Below, in pieces: positions 13,722 through 25,879 of a DNA stretch of 64,000 bases (positions within the stretch are counted from its first letter, which is position 1; each line of letters begins with the position of its first letter). Position numbers and translations under genes: made by a program. The notes beneath the pieces are model-generated. The model did not search any database, was not told the DNA's origin, and saw only the letters and a list, made by a program, of their open reading frames with translations. This DNA is from Mytilus californianus. Taxonomy: Eukaryota. Location of the stretch: contig NW_026262675.1 of assembly GCF_021869535.1 (NCBI RefSeq), positions 2,728,001 to 2,792,000 of the forward strand, given 5' to 3'.

Positions 13722-16044
13722 GCGCCAATGTATTTGTTCGAATTGAACGTTTTTTTATATATCAGGAAATCGATTTCTTGATATAAAAAAATAAAGAATA
13801 TTTTCTGATATCAAAAATTCATTTTTTTTTATCTCAAAAATTCTCAATTTTTGATATCAGGAAATCAATTTTTTTATATCAGAAATTCGAATTTTTGATA
13901 TCAGAAAATAAGAAATAAATGAATGATGGCGCTCTGTGTGTCAATAAAAGCACCCAAACTCACCCATGAGCCCAAACATCAGGAAATATCTGAAATAATG
14001 TATCCGGTAGACCAATTGTTTTATAATGTGGAGTACCGCCACACGATATTGGTATGATGGCAAAGGGTCCCTTGTTACAAAAACAAAATGTTTATACACT
14101 TCAAGTTTTATAAAAACGATTTAGACTTCAAAGTCTCCAGAAAACTGCTATTTTTATAACAATATTTGAAGCAAAAAACATGTACACTAATCTTCAGTTT
14201 GACGAAACTTAACGAGTACTGAATTACCTCGATCCAACTAATTACGAAATTCGAGTCCCATGCACTAAAAGACAATATATTGAAGATTTTTGAAATTATT
14301 CTAAAATATAACACATCTACTTTTGCGTCGAACAATCCCAATCGGCGGAATTAGTCGACCTAAAAATTTACTAAATACTGGATTTTTTTTTACAAAGCTT
14401 GACACATCGAAACAAAATACTGATGTGTTCAAGATTTAGATACGATGGCTGGATGATATATTAAGGTTCAACTGACGTAATACACGATTTTTTCGCCTTA
14501 TATGTCTAATACAATGCATACCCCCTATAATTGTACATACCAATTTTCTCAAAATGAAGTGTAACTTTCTTTACAATCGTTTTGATACAAAGACCAACGC
14601 TTCAAAAATGAAGGTATTTTAGAAATGAAAACGCACATCAAACTACTGAAACTTTTCAATACTTCACAGAAAAAGCTCATATAAAATAAATGTATTTAAA
14701 GGATATATGCAAGGCGCGGTACATAAGAAATACTAGCAGTCTTTCAAAAAAAACGTCTGGTAAAAAGACGAAATAGACGAAGTATTTGAAAATACAAGAC
14801 ATGCATTTTTTTTTATTTGTTGTTATTGGCTTTGAACTAGCCGTCAGTAACTGAGAGTACTATCACATCTGTACTTTGTGTCTTTTTGTTGTTGTTACCC
14901 TGCCACGTCCGATCTGTGTTTTTGTTAGCTGTTTTTCTTCTTTGTATCGATCTGATGAGCTAAGCCATTTTCAACTGATTTTTATAGTTTGTTCTTACAC
15001 TATGTTGTGATGTAACACCAGTGTCCCATGTTAGGGTTTAATCCCGCCACATTCTTTATGTGTCTGTCCCAAGTCAGAAGCCTGTAGTTCAGTAATTGTC
15101 GTTGGTTCATGTCTATCATATTTGTTTTTCGTAATATGTTTTGTTATAAATTAGGCCGTTAGCTTTCTAAACTGAATTGTTTCATATTTTTCATGTCGGT
15201 GCCTTTTATAGCCGACTATACGGTATTGGGTTTTCTTATTGTTGAAGGCCGTACGGTTGCCTATAATTACTTACATCCACTACATTTAAACTTTGGTGGA
15301 TAGTTGTCTCATTGGCAATCATACCACATCTCCTTATTTTATACTAAACAGAACTAACTGACTTACTAAATTCGCAACATAAACAACGGGGAAAAAAAAA
15401 CTAAAAACAAGATTACCAAAACACTGGGGCTTTATTTCACAAAAACCTGGCTGCACAAATCTGTTTCAGAGGAAACAGGAAAAGAAACGGGAACTTACAA
15501 TTGTTGACTATTAACCTTAATTAATACGTGAGAAACACAAACACACAAAACTTCTTATGACTGATGAAGCCGAACTCTGAGATGTTCTTTCCTTAAACAC
15601 CAGACCTAACGTTAGGGCTCATGGTTGAGCTCTGATGCTTTTATTGACACACAGGAAGCAATCATTGATATTTTTCTTACTTTCTGATATCAAAATATAA
15701 TTTCTTGATATCAGGAATTCGAATTTTTGATATAAAAAAAAAATCATTTTTTGATATCAGAAAATGTATTTCTTGATATCAAATAATCGTCAGTATTAAT
15801 TGATATCAGAAAATCTATTTTTGATATCATAAAATGGATTTCTTGATATCAAAAAATGATTTTTTGATATAAAAAAATCGAATTTCTGATATCAAGAAAT
15901 AAAGATTATTTTCTGATATCAAGAAATCGAATTCCTGATATAAAAAAGGGATTTTTTGATATAAAAAAATTCACTCGATTCCTGATATCAAGAAACATTT
16001 TTTGATATCAGAAAATAAGGAATAAATAGTAAAACAGTGCCTCA
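13722..16044. mobile_element. Foldback-like element with GATATC-array arms
   Basis: GATATC-rich arrays at 13750-13915 and 15665-16010. The junction GATATCAGAAA..TGTGTGTCAATAAAAGCA..CCATGAGCCC (13900-13980) recurs inverted at 15611-15690. Outer termini match only weakly. Confidence 0.55.
14808..15345. repeat. Interspersed repeat (family ending GATAGTTGTCTCATTGGCAATCATACCACATC)
   Basis: The same terminal block occurs at ~59120-59222 and inverted at ~1808-1860; class not determined. Confidence 0.6.
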
Positions 16045-16303
16045 CACACCTGTTTATAGTGTTCGTTTTGAACATGTTTTATGTATTAGCATTCACTCAA
16101 CACGTGTATAGAATTTCGTAATCCATATTGGCATTCGAAGTCGGTGATTTGCTGACGACCGAAATCGACGAGCTTTGGATAACGGTAAACCATCGAGTTA
16201 GAGTTCGAGTTAATGTTACTTAGGATCCTCCCGCTATTTATTTAAATGCAATATATCAACATGAAAGGTAAATATCCGCATATTTTCAAATGATCATACA
16301 AGC

Positions 16304-16331
16304 CAGAGACATATGTGTATATATGTCTCTG
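16304..16331. mobile_element. Micro-MITE copy 2 (28 bp)
   Basis: CAGAGACATAT-GTGTAT-ATATGTCTCTG flanked by TACAAGC at 16297-16303 and 16332-16338. Confidence 0.85.
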
Positions 16332-16361
16332 TACAAGCAGATAAAATCGGAGAACTTGTAT

Positions 16362-16389
16362 TATAGTATAGTATAGTATAGTATAGTAT
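16362..16389. repeat. (TATAG)5 microsatellite
   Basis: Read directly. Confidence 0.9.
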
Positions 16390-16852
16390 CGTTGTTTTGT
16401 CCCTATGCCAGATTCCCCCCGTTATCCTGTGAAAAAAATCTATTGATAGTAATCTGAACGTGATTAGATTAGAAGCTTCTTTGTAACAGTAAAGTACAGG
16501 TCGGTTGGGGTTTAACAATAACACTGATTCCATTTAAGAGCTATGCCCGTTGAAAATTGGTAAACCTTCATATTTTTGTTCGTAGACTTCTATCAAAAAA
16601 TCTGGAGAAGTGTAAATATTTCATTTGATTAGTAACACTCGTGAAATAGTGTATACTTTTCTTGACTGAGTTTTCGAACTGTCAAATAATAATGTTAAGA
16701 ATAACTTAATATTGAATATTGCTTAAATTTTGGGTACAATTATTTATTCGTGCTTATAATAAAAAGTAATAAATTCTCAGTTATCCTCTCTGTAAATTGA
16801 AAATCACTTGTATTGAACTATTGATTGTTGTTCAGTTTTGTTTTCTGTTTCG

Positions 16853-16985
16853 GTTTTATAACCCGATCACGACAGTATGGAGTATTATTTCTACGGTTTG
16901 TACGTGTGTGCGTGCGTCCGTCCGTTCGTCCGTTTGTCTGTCATTCCTTCCGCTCATCCGTCCGTCCTCCCTGTATCAGATTAAG
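16853..16985 (+). repeat. HINE-like 5' fragment with (CGTC)n microsatellite
   Basis: TTTTATAACCCG start followed by GTGCGTCCGTCCGTTCGTCCG tract; rest missing. Confidence 0.45.
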
Positions 16986-17558
16986 GTTTTGATTTGAAAA
17001 AGTTAACAAATTTTGGTGTTCTTGCCATTAACATTGAATTATAACACATTGATTCCTCATTTATAAACCGTTTTCTCAACCGTTACTTCCAATACATTTA
17101 ATATCCTTTTGTCGGTCAACTGTTTGACTTACAGTATCCCTAGTATATACCCCATGCAGAGTAAACTAAAACAACTGCCGTCGGGGCAAATACCCATGTT
17201 CAAAAATCTCAATGAAGTGGAACATCAAGGCATCCATATGCTCATCTGTATATAAGATACAACATTATACAAAAGAATTATGCACTTGCAATTTACAATG
17301 CAAAATATCTTGCTATGACCAAGATATGCGTTGAAGCAAATAAAAAGGAAGTTATTCTGATAAAAAAAAAATCAAACGACATTTTGCCACTGCTTTCAGA
17401 GTCGGACAAGATGTGATTTTATTTAAAAGACATAATAAGGGAATCTCGATGAACCCGTCATCCTTTACCCTTAATAGAAGGATGAATTAATTAGTAATGT
17501 CCCGAGTGTCAAATATTACATTCATATTAGGACGAGAACATATTTATGTTATTTAAGA

Positions 17559-17667
17559 ATTGAATGCTTCTTTTTGTAAATTTATTGGGGTGTAAAAGCG
17601 TTGACCGAAGTACATTTTGTATGAACGCTTTTACAACCCTTTAAAATTACTAAAAGAAGCATTCAAT
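17559..17667. repeat. Imperfect long hairpin inside an interspersed repeat
   Basis: Arms ATTGAATGCTTCTTTT..TGTAAAAGCGTT / AACGCTTTTACA..AAAAGAAGCATTCAAT. Confidence 0.75.
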
Positions 17668-17869
17668 ACTTATAATAACACAGTTTTTTTGCTAGGATCA
17701 TGAAAATACGATTTATGTCAAGTTTTTCTTTTATTTACCTGTGCACTTTATTGTGGAAGCTCGTGTCATTATGAATGTTACATTTCATTTTGAAATGAAA
17801 GTTAATGATTTCAGAATGACGCGAGATTGCTGTTAGCCAATCAAAATACCGTATTATACTGAAACATAC

Positions 17870-18100
17870 ATGTAATGTAACTATATGAATATGAACCCCA
17901 CACAATGCTTTGTACTGAACTGACACGCTGAGTCGGATCTTTAAACTGTCAGATGGGAAACATGTCATTCTACCTGCACACATTATTCTGACTACTTGTC
18001 GACCAGTCTTTGCTCGTACTCCTAAATGCCATCTTCTTAGCGGAAACGCAGCAAATATCAATTTTGAAGTCTTTGGTTTGACACGCGCAGAGCACACCAA
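17870..18100 (-). mobile_element. tRNA-derived SINE remnant (bivalve Meta/MD-type), head truncated
   Basis: On -: GTCAAACCAAAGACTTCAAAATTGATATTTGCTGCG..CCGCTAAG..GAGCAAAGACTGG core, recognised from memory of bivalve SINEs; not database-verified. Confidence 0.55.
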
Positions 18101-18535
18101 CAGCCAAAGGGGCCATCACCACTCAAAGGAGTCTTCAATATATGCAAGATCGTTTGTAATGAAATAAACGCAGCAAAATATCCTTCATATATTTAAGTTA
18201 TCGTACAATATCTTATGTTTACATACGTTTTGAAGCTTCATTATAAGTTGAACTTGAGGTATTGCGCTATTGCTCACGAAAAGGATACCGTCGCCCGTAA
18301 CAAAGTATATTATTTGCTACGGGAATTCGTAATATGACAAAAGAGAACCATTAACGAGGTACTTTTCTTGTGTTCATGTGGTTTAATAAGTTTCTAAAGA
18401 TAGACAGGATAATCATATATGTAGATTATACTATTTCTAATAGAATCATTATAGTTGCCATCCTTTCCTATATTTAGTATTGAGGCTCATATATCCTATT
18501 CTAGTTTTAATTTTGATTCTGTTTTAATGAAACAT

Positions 18536-19084
18536 GAGGGTGGTAAAGGGGGGGGGTCTGAACACGGAAACACTTGAAATAAAAATCGCAAAAACGTTGC
18601 ACGGAAAATAAAAATCGGGAAAAACGAAGCACGAGAAATAAAATCGTAAATATTAAGGAAAAAGGTACTAGAAGTTATTACTCAACCGTCCATAGTGATC
18701 ATGCAGTCATTATTAATGGACATGAAGACCCTGCGGTCACCTTTTAGCGTCCGCTAGTTGAATTTGATTTGAAAAAATATTATTCATAGTAATTTGATGG
18801 ACTTTATTACATACCATACATATACAATAGAATTGCAAAAGTAGAATGGTAACAGTATACATCAAGTTCTGTTAGATTACACAAGTTTTACCTTTTAGTG
18901 AAATGCGGTGCAAGCACGAGAAATTAAGAGTTCCGACACGAAACACGGAACATAAATAAGGGGAAACACGAAGCACGCACATCGAACCAAACACGAGAAA
19001 ACGAGAAATAAAACGTCAAAACACGATAACAAGTAAAATAAAAAGGCCGAAAACGTTGCACGAAAATAATCCTTTACCACCCTC
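18536..19084. mobile_element. 549-bp TIR MITE
   Basis: 14-bp TIR GAGGGTGGTAAAGG / CCTTTACCACCCTC; AAACAT direct repeat at 18530-18535 and 19085-19090; many CACG(G/A)AAA subterminal motifs. Confidence 0.85.
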
Positions 19085-19244
19085 AAACATCGTTTGCGTC
19101 TCAAACTGTATTTCTAACAAGAAATTTAACCCTAGCCCCAATTAAAATTCTTACTCGAAACTTCATCATTTGGTATTGCGCGTAAAGGATGATAGTTTTA
19201 TCGAAGTTCTGGATCTGCGATTGAAATACGACCTCAAGTTAAAA

Positions 19245-19420
19245 AACTCGAATTCTACCTCGAATTTTAACTCTTACTTTAATAACTCGAACTATAGAAG
19301 TTTGATTCGAACTGTAACTCGAAACGCAACTTAAGCTCGAATTCAAAGCTTAACTCCAACTTAAGACTCGAACTTCAAATCAAACTCGAAATCTATGGTT
19401 AGCTAGAATCGAAATCGACG
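19245..19420. repeat. Degenerate short-period repeat of (A)CTCGAA
   Basis: About ten CTCGAA/TTCGAA motifs spaced ~12-25 bp apart. Confidence 0.6.
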
Positions 19421-20539
19421 GGGGCCACGCAAACAAAAATTAGTCTTACTATTCGAAATAGGGATACTAAATATGAAGTTAATATCCCTTAGTTGAGGCG
19501 ATCTTCAAGGGCTATGGCGTTTTCTTTCTGTTTGTTCTCTTTAACAGTTTGTGTCTGCTTAGAAGTTAATGTACGTTAGCTGTTTAACCAACTGACCGGT
19601 GCAGAAACTGTTTACCCATCAGGGGCACTAAAGTTTATACTGAGTTTTGTTTAAGTGTTTGTATTTTTAATGTCGTGCTGTTTTTCTGTGTAATAATCTT
19701 GTCTTATTCTTTGTCCTAAAAACTGCATTGTAATTTCACACTTTCATATCATGTCAAGTTTCAGGGTTAGAAAATTGACATGATCGTTTGTTTATGAATT
19801 AACGGTAATGTCTTAGGTTTAGAAAACAGACACATGCAAACCCGCTGTCATACAGTGCGTAATCACCAGTGACCTAATATACGTATTTTTTCTTCAAACC
19901 ATGAGTGACACGATGGGTGTCACAGGTGGAACAGGAACTGGTGACCCTTCTTATGTCCCTTAGTTCGTTCCCGGTTTAATGCTGGGTTTATAATGCTCAA
20001 TCTTTTGTTTTATAGATTATTGTTTGTCTCTTCGTCTTGAAGTGTTCGTATTTTGCTTTTGACTATGTTATTTTATATTTTCCAGCGACAAATTAATAGA
20101 ATAGAGCAAAGTGAAAGAACTTATCCTAATTAAAACGATTGCAGGTGCTGCTGGAATGTTTCTACTTAAAACATTAAAGTCGCATTTGAATCATCACTTT
20201 TGTCATAGACGATTTTGGTTGTTTTGTTTAGGTCCATCAGGTTTTTATATCGTAAATGTTTAATGTATATAAAATGGCTTCCTAAACATCTAAATTGTTT
20301 GTTTTGGTGACAAATTTTGTACGCACTTAGTTTTGTTCTATTCATTTATATTCTGCGTAAATTTGAGTTTTACTTAAATACTTTCACCAGCATCTGATGA
20401 CTGACCAAATTCGAAAATAACATATTTTGGTTCCTTACTGTTATTTTTAATAAATGTCAAATGTAATATGTGATAATAAAGTTACTTCTGAATTAAGAAA
20501 TAAAACAGAAATGATATTTGTTAAAATATAAAAAAGTGC

Positions 20540-20545
20540 TTTATT
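20540..20545 (-). terminator. Polyadenylation signal AATAAA of the minus-strand TM gene
   Basis: TTTATT on +, ~80 nt downstream of the stop codon at 20625. Confidence 0.55.
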
Positions 20546-20624
20546 GAAACCTAAGAGAGACAGAAACACAGACCTGCTGCGATACATCAAGTGACTTAAC
20601 AGAAAAACGTAGTTATAAATCTAA

Positions 20625-21295
20625 TTAGTTCCAATCTATACTCTCCCCGTCATCTTGATACGTCTCAATTACATCATCATCATCTACGCCATAGCCTGTT
20701 GTCGCAGACCTAGGGTTTGATTGCGGCTGAGATGACCTAAATGTACTTAACGGATTTGATTCTGTGTCGGGTTTAATACTTCTAGAAAAATCACTATGAT
20801 AACCAATATCATCAGCAGTGTCTTCACGATTTTGTCTGTTAATGGTGTTAATTCTTTCCCTTTGCGAACTACTGTTGTGCGAGTTCATACTTCCCATGTA
20901 ACTATCTGGTGTCTCACTGGTTGAATGTGTTCTTGCTTGGGTATTCGGTTGTACATTCTGAAACCTTCCACCAGAAAATCGTAGTTCGCTGTTTACATTT
21001 TCATTTTGATAACTCGTAGATGCTTTATTTGTGTTATCCTCCACAACCGATATTGATGTGTTCTTTTTTACATCTGTTGTGCCGGTGGATTGATGTTCTA
21101 ATGACCCTTTTCTGTCGTCGAGTTCAGGCCAGTCATTTCTTTTTGGTTGAAGATTACTCGACTTATTGTTTATATCACTGTGTGCACTGGTTATATGTGC
21201 GTTGTTATTGCTACTCTGTTTTGAAAGCTCAATTTCTTGAAATGCATTTTTTTTCTTTTTTTCCGGGGATGTAATGGATTTTCGTTGAGTATTTC
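20625..21295 (-). CDS. Terminal exon of an uncharacterised single-pass membrane protein (S/T/N-rich disordered cytoplasmic tail)
   Basis: TTTTCTATTGCAG acceptor, phase 1, 671 nt open to TAA (GNTQRKS...ESIDWN); frame continuous with exon 21644-21793; polyA signal follows. Confidence 0.75.
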
Positions 21296-21643
21296 CTGCA
21301 ATAGAAAAAACGTAAAATGGTGTGCATTTATTCAAAATATCAGGTCGTATAAAAAATATAAATTTCGTATAAACAGAATCGTCGATTTCTAACGTATTTA
21401 AAAAATCCTGCTATCCTATATTACGTATCTTTGATTGTCCAGCACTGAATGTAAAATAGACTGAACAATTATTGTCCTCATCACCATAAGTTTAAGTTGT
21501 GCCCGAGTTACCTTTTAGCCTTTTTTTGTCTTGTTTATGTTTTTGCTTTTGTTATTTTTGTTTTACACCTATAAGATACTTTTAACTTCTTTTGAGCTAT
21601 ATTGGCTATACGACTTAAGCTTGGTAGTGCCCGGATGATTTAC

Positions 21644-21793
21644 CTGCATCATTGTGGTGCACATTGGATTCCCCTGCACACAACAGCACCAACGATATCA
21701 AAATTAAAACAGACAGAATACTAATCACAACAACTGATATCGTGTTGTCGGCTATAGCATACTCATCGCCACCGACATCTACTGCTGATACTC
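21644..21793 (-). CDS. Transmembrane exon of the same gene
   Basis: ATCTTTTCTAG acceptor and GTAAAT donor, 150 nt, phase 1-1; VSAVDVGGDEYAIADNT-ISVVVISILSVLILISLVLLCA-GESNVHHNDA contains one TM helix. Upstream exons not resolved. Confidence 0.7.
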
Positions 21794-23619
21794 CTAGAAA
21801 AGATAGTCAAAATGATGAAAATTAGATTGAAGGATGTCCTAAAAGCGTATGGGTATATTAAATTTAATGTTTTAATCTTGGATTATTGGCTTTATTCTCG
21901 TGTTCAAATTGTTTATGCCTTCAGGGGTCACATGAATGGAAAAAAAAACCCACAACATTGAACAATCATCATCGTCTTCTTCTATATAGCCAACTTTGGC
22001 TGGGAAAAACATTCGTCACTAACGTTTGCCACAATCAATCGGATAGTTATAACATTTGCATAATGATATCCTTTAATAAAACACACATAAATTATGAAGA
22101 CTCTTCTACATATTTGGTCGATAGATATATATGTACTTTAAACACACAGATATAATATAAACACTCGATTATCTTGAAATATCAACATGGTAACAAGATT
22201 AAGGTACTTAAAAAAATTGATGTACGGTCATTTTTGCAGAAAGATTTCAGATTTATGTACAAAAAGGGTGAACAAACAGAAAAAGCGAAAAAGAAACGAA
22301 ATTTGCGGATTTTTGTCTGGCTTATTCAAAGTTCGATCAGTATATCACACTAATTTACTTTTGAAAGTTCTTACCAGACCCAAGCACAATAAATCCACAA
22401 AAAGCAAGTAAAAGGGTAGTTCTGTCATACATTTCCACTGGAAACCATTACTTTGTCAATATTTTGTGCATTTTAAATGACGATTGATTTTTCTCTCTAT
22501 GTTACACAACTGTACGTTAAACCATTTAAAGAATGAAGATTAAAGGCAGCCAATTCAATAGTCTATACATGTAGGTACATAAAAATGTTTAAACGGTATG
22601 TGTGGTAGGTATACACTCGTTATAACATTGATAAACAATAGTTGACTGTATATATATGGTAATACGAAATTTAAATTAGAGAGAAAATTTACCGGACTTA
22701 AATTGTGGTACATCTTCTCTGGGAAGAGGATATATCCCAAATCTTCCTTCAATAAAAGTCAAGTCTTCAACAAAAGAATTGCACAATTTATAGTGTCCGC
22801 AAAAGACATTTGTCTCGTACTTCCATCAGTTTTTATCATGAATCAATTCGGGTTTATATCAATTTTAGGATTCCGCAAAATAAACTAAAGTGATATCTAT
22901 ATATTAAGCTATAGGCACAGCCTTGTAACATGGCGAGAAATTCCAGTTGCAGTAGACGTAAAAAGGTAATAGTCAAATAACTATAAGATAAAGTCAAATA
23001 AAAGATGAACATGCACTAAAACGGGACTCGCACTAAAGCAAGTGGGTGTTGATCTTTTACAATAATACTGTTTAACACTCTCCAATCGACACAGATGTGG
23101 TGTATGTCACCTCTTCCTTTTAGATCATCATCGAAAATAACCACTTAAATTTTGTAGGTCCTGTGATGAGGAAAGCGTATTCTCGTATTTAGAGAGTAAT
23201 ACGATCAATTTCATCTCATATCAATGAACAAGTTTTAGCTTTAACTTATATGGATTCGTATAAGTAAACGGATATATATGTAAACTCAGAGTATTTTTTT
23301 ATGTAATTAAATGGTTGCTTTCCCAAAATAAAACACAAATATATTTTCCTTCCTGAAAGAATCCATGGATGAGAGTTAACATGAATAAAATGCGGTATAT
23401 ATGTCGTTTTCAAGTTATCATTTGGTAAAAATTATAATTTGTATTATATACTTTGTACAAATTGTAGTTTGTCCAAATTACTAATTGTTGAAAATTTGAC
23501 TAAAATTCACTTATAACTTGTACCATAATTTATAATATGTATTTGTTAAAAAAAATGATTGATACACAATATAGAATTTTATTTGACCACACAAAAAAAA
23601 ATAAAAAACTAGTTCTGTA

Positions 23620-24110
23620 TCATTTGTTTGAGCATGTGAGTGAAATATGGCATCGGGAATTGTACGCTGACATCTTTTGATGTCTACATTTACATTAACA
23701 AGTGCTGCATTTGAATGAAAGAGACGCCTGACCACCAGTTTTTGTAAACTTTTTAACTGCTTCAGGCAGCAAAAGTTAAAGCCCAGGAACCGCTGCTGCG
23801 AATAAACATGTGTCTTTAACAGCTTCGATTTGACTGATTTCTAGACAAATACCCTGTTTAAATTCCTACAGCTGTTCCAATGCGATACCCATAAATCCAG
23901 ATACAACAATTACGCTTAAGTTGGGTCACGATCATACTGAGGAATAGGTATGATGACATTATCCCCCACAGCAAGTTTTGATAGTTTTCGTTTTGTTTTC
24001 TTGGTAAGATATTCGGATGCAATCTGTTGGCCAGACAGCGCACGCTTCCTGGCACGTATGATCGGTGTTTTAATGCCATGCAGTGTCATCCTGGTTGTCA
24101 CTGGGACCAA
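23620..24110 (-). pseudogene. Decayed C-terminus of an integrase-type DNA transposase (KRBA2/SCAND3-like, Ginger/GIN-related)
   Basis: Across frames: RKRALSGQQIASEYL..LAVGDNVIIPIPQYDR; YRIGTAVGI; LPEAVKKFTKTGGQ..C*CKC..NSRCHISLTCSNK*. These match the recalled tail of invertebrate KRBA2-like integrases. Stops and frameshifts present. A possible HGG zinc-binding remnant (SHGGVYKTFEEM) lies near 24440-24475. Confidence 0.65.
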
Positions 24111-24911
24111 TGTCTATTGTAATATCAGAATTAACAGGCATATATGTATCAATTACATTTCCTGTCTCCGTCTGGGTATATTATTCTGATCATGGAAGTA
24201 GTATATTGTCAATATAATACTTCCATGTTAAATTCTGATTCAGTCGATTCAGTTTCTGTTTCTGTATTATCATCAGGATCATCTACTTCTCTAATTCTAA
24301 TAATGAAAAGTAAATTTCTCAATAATAAAAAAACAATACTAAGAGACAACGGGATAGCTGACACAGAACCACTAAACGGTTCCGCAACTTGCAAGGAAGC
24401 TATTGAAACATCGGGTCTTCACGGAAAGACGAAGTCATCTCCTCGAAAGTTTTGTAGACACCACCATGACTTGGCCCTTGGCGTTATGGAATATCAGACT
24501 GTATCGCAGATGTATGACTACGAATATATTGCATATGTTGTAGCACCAATTTCGTTCTCTTTTCCTCTCTTGTGACATTGCCAGATACTATTTATCATCA
24601 TATATTTGTATAACGTAGTGGCACAGGAATTTCTTATCCGGAGCACTTGAATTCATCCCTGTTTTAAAGGGGTTCGTGTTGCCCAGTATTTGATTTTCTG
24701 TGTAATGTTTTGGAATGTTGATACGTTAGTCGATCGTCTATTTTTCCTTTGGCAATGGTCATGGTGATGTTGTCTCTCTTTCACAGACTTATTTGTTTAT
24801 TGCCTCTTGGTGTATTCTTACTTTTTAGGGGCGGACAGGGACATTTATTTATATCTATCATAGGCATACTATTGATATATTAAGGTAAATAAGGTTTTTT
24901 TCAGATACAAG

Positions 24912-25012
24912 TCAATCTAATTAAAATATAGATCTCGAATTTCGTTATACTACGTTATACTACATATAACGTAGTATAACGAAATCCGAGATCTATATTT
25001 TAATTAGATTGA
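24912..25012. mobile_element. 101-bp hairpin mini-MITE
   Basis: 48-bp arms with one mismatch and a 5-nt loop; GATACAAG direct repeat at 24904-24911 and 25013-25020. Confidence 0.85.
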
Positions 25013-25358
25013 GATACAAGTGTCTGTGATATTTATATAAACGCGCGGTTGGGTTTACTGTTTCTTTTTTGGCAGCAAACTAAAAACCTCATATTCTCTT
25101 GTTCAGTTGAAAAATAATCAATAAAGTAAAATAGGATTTTTGTTGGTAAAATCCTTGTTCATGGAATATTTACACTTACCTGCTTCCCAACGGATAGCCA
25201 AAGAATGCTCGTGGTCACTTGAAACATACTCAAACTACTATGACATTACAGTCACATTCGTACCGTAAACGTTTTTTAATTGTTGCTTTAAAATGGTATA
25301 TGTGTTGCTATGTTTTGCATCTTCTGCAGCAATAAACGAAAAACAAAATTAACAAATA

Positions 25359-25676
25359 CACTGTAAAAGTCGTGCTTAGAAATTAAACACTTGTATTAAA
25401 TGTTTAGATCTAAATGTGTTTAGGATTTTGTTTAATTTCTAAACACATTTCTCAGTAAGCACATAATATCTAAACATGTCTTGAATTTAAACACTTTTAA
25501 TGTGTTAAAAAATGAAAGTGTTTAGAAATTAAACACTTTTTCTAAGCTAAACACGATTCTAAACACAATCCTAAACACATTGTACTGAGACACGTTTAGA
25601 TCTAAACATGTAAAAAAAAGTGCACAAAAGATGTGCTTAGAAATGTGTTTAGGATCTAAACACCATTTTTACAGTG
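25359..25676. mobile_element. 318-bp MITE with CACTG termini (CMC/EnSpm-type or Tc1-like)
   Basis: TIR CACTGTAAAA / TTTTACAGTG, TA on both flanks, internal (T)AAACAC/GTGTTT(A) motif array. Confidence 0.8.
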
Positions 25677-25879
25677 TAGACAGCAAACAACTTGACCAAC
25701 AATAACCACTGGGTTATATAGAGGCTTTGGAACGTTGGACTATCAATCCCCGACTTCGATACTGACATTATGGCAAGCCGTTTTACTATTTATTCGAACT
25801 TCAAGATATCTCATATAATGTATAAGATATCTTATGTAATCTAGTTTTTATAAGATATCTTATAAACTTTATAGAAGAT

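Noticed and set aside
17735-18100. 121-aa minus-strand ORF
   Set aside because: Overlaps the SINE remnant; non-ATG start and no splice context.
22694-22885. Exon candidate needing TGA readthrough (selenocysteine) for the TM gene
   Set aside because: Every frame from the plausible acceptor has stops including TAA or multiple TGAs, and no SECIS was identified; left unresolved.
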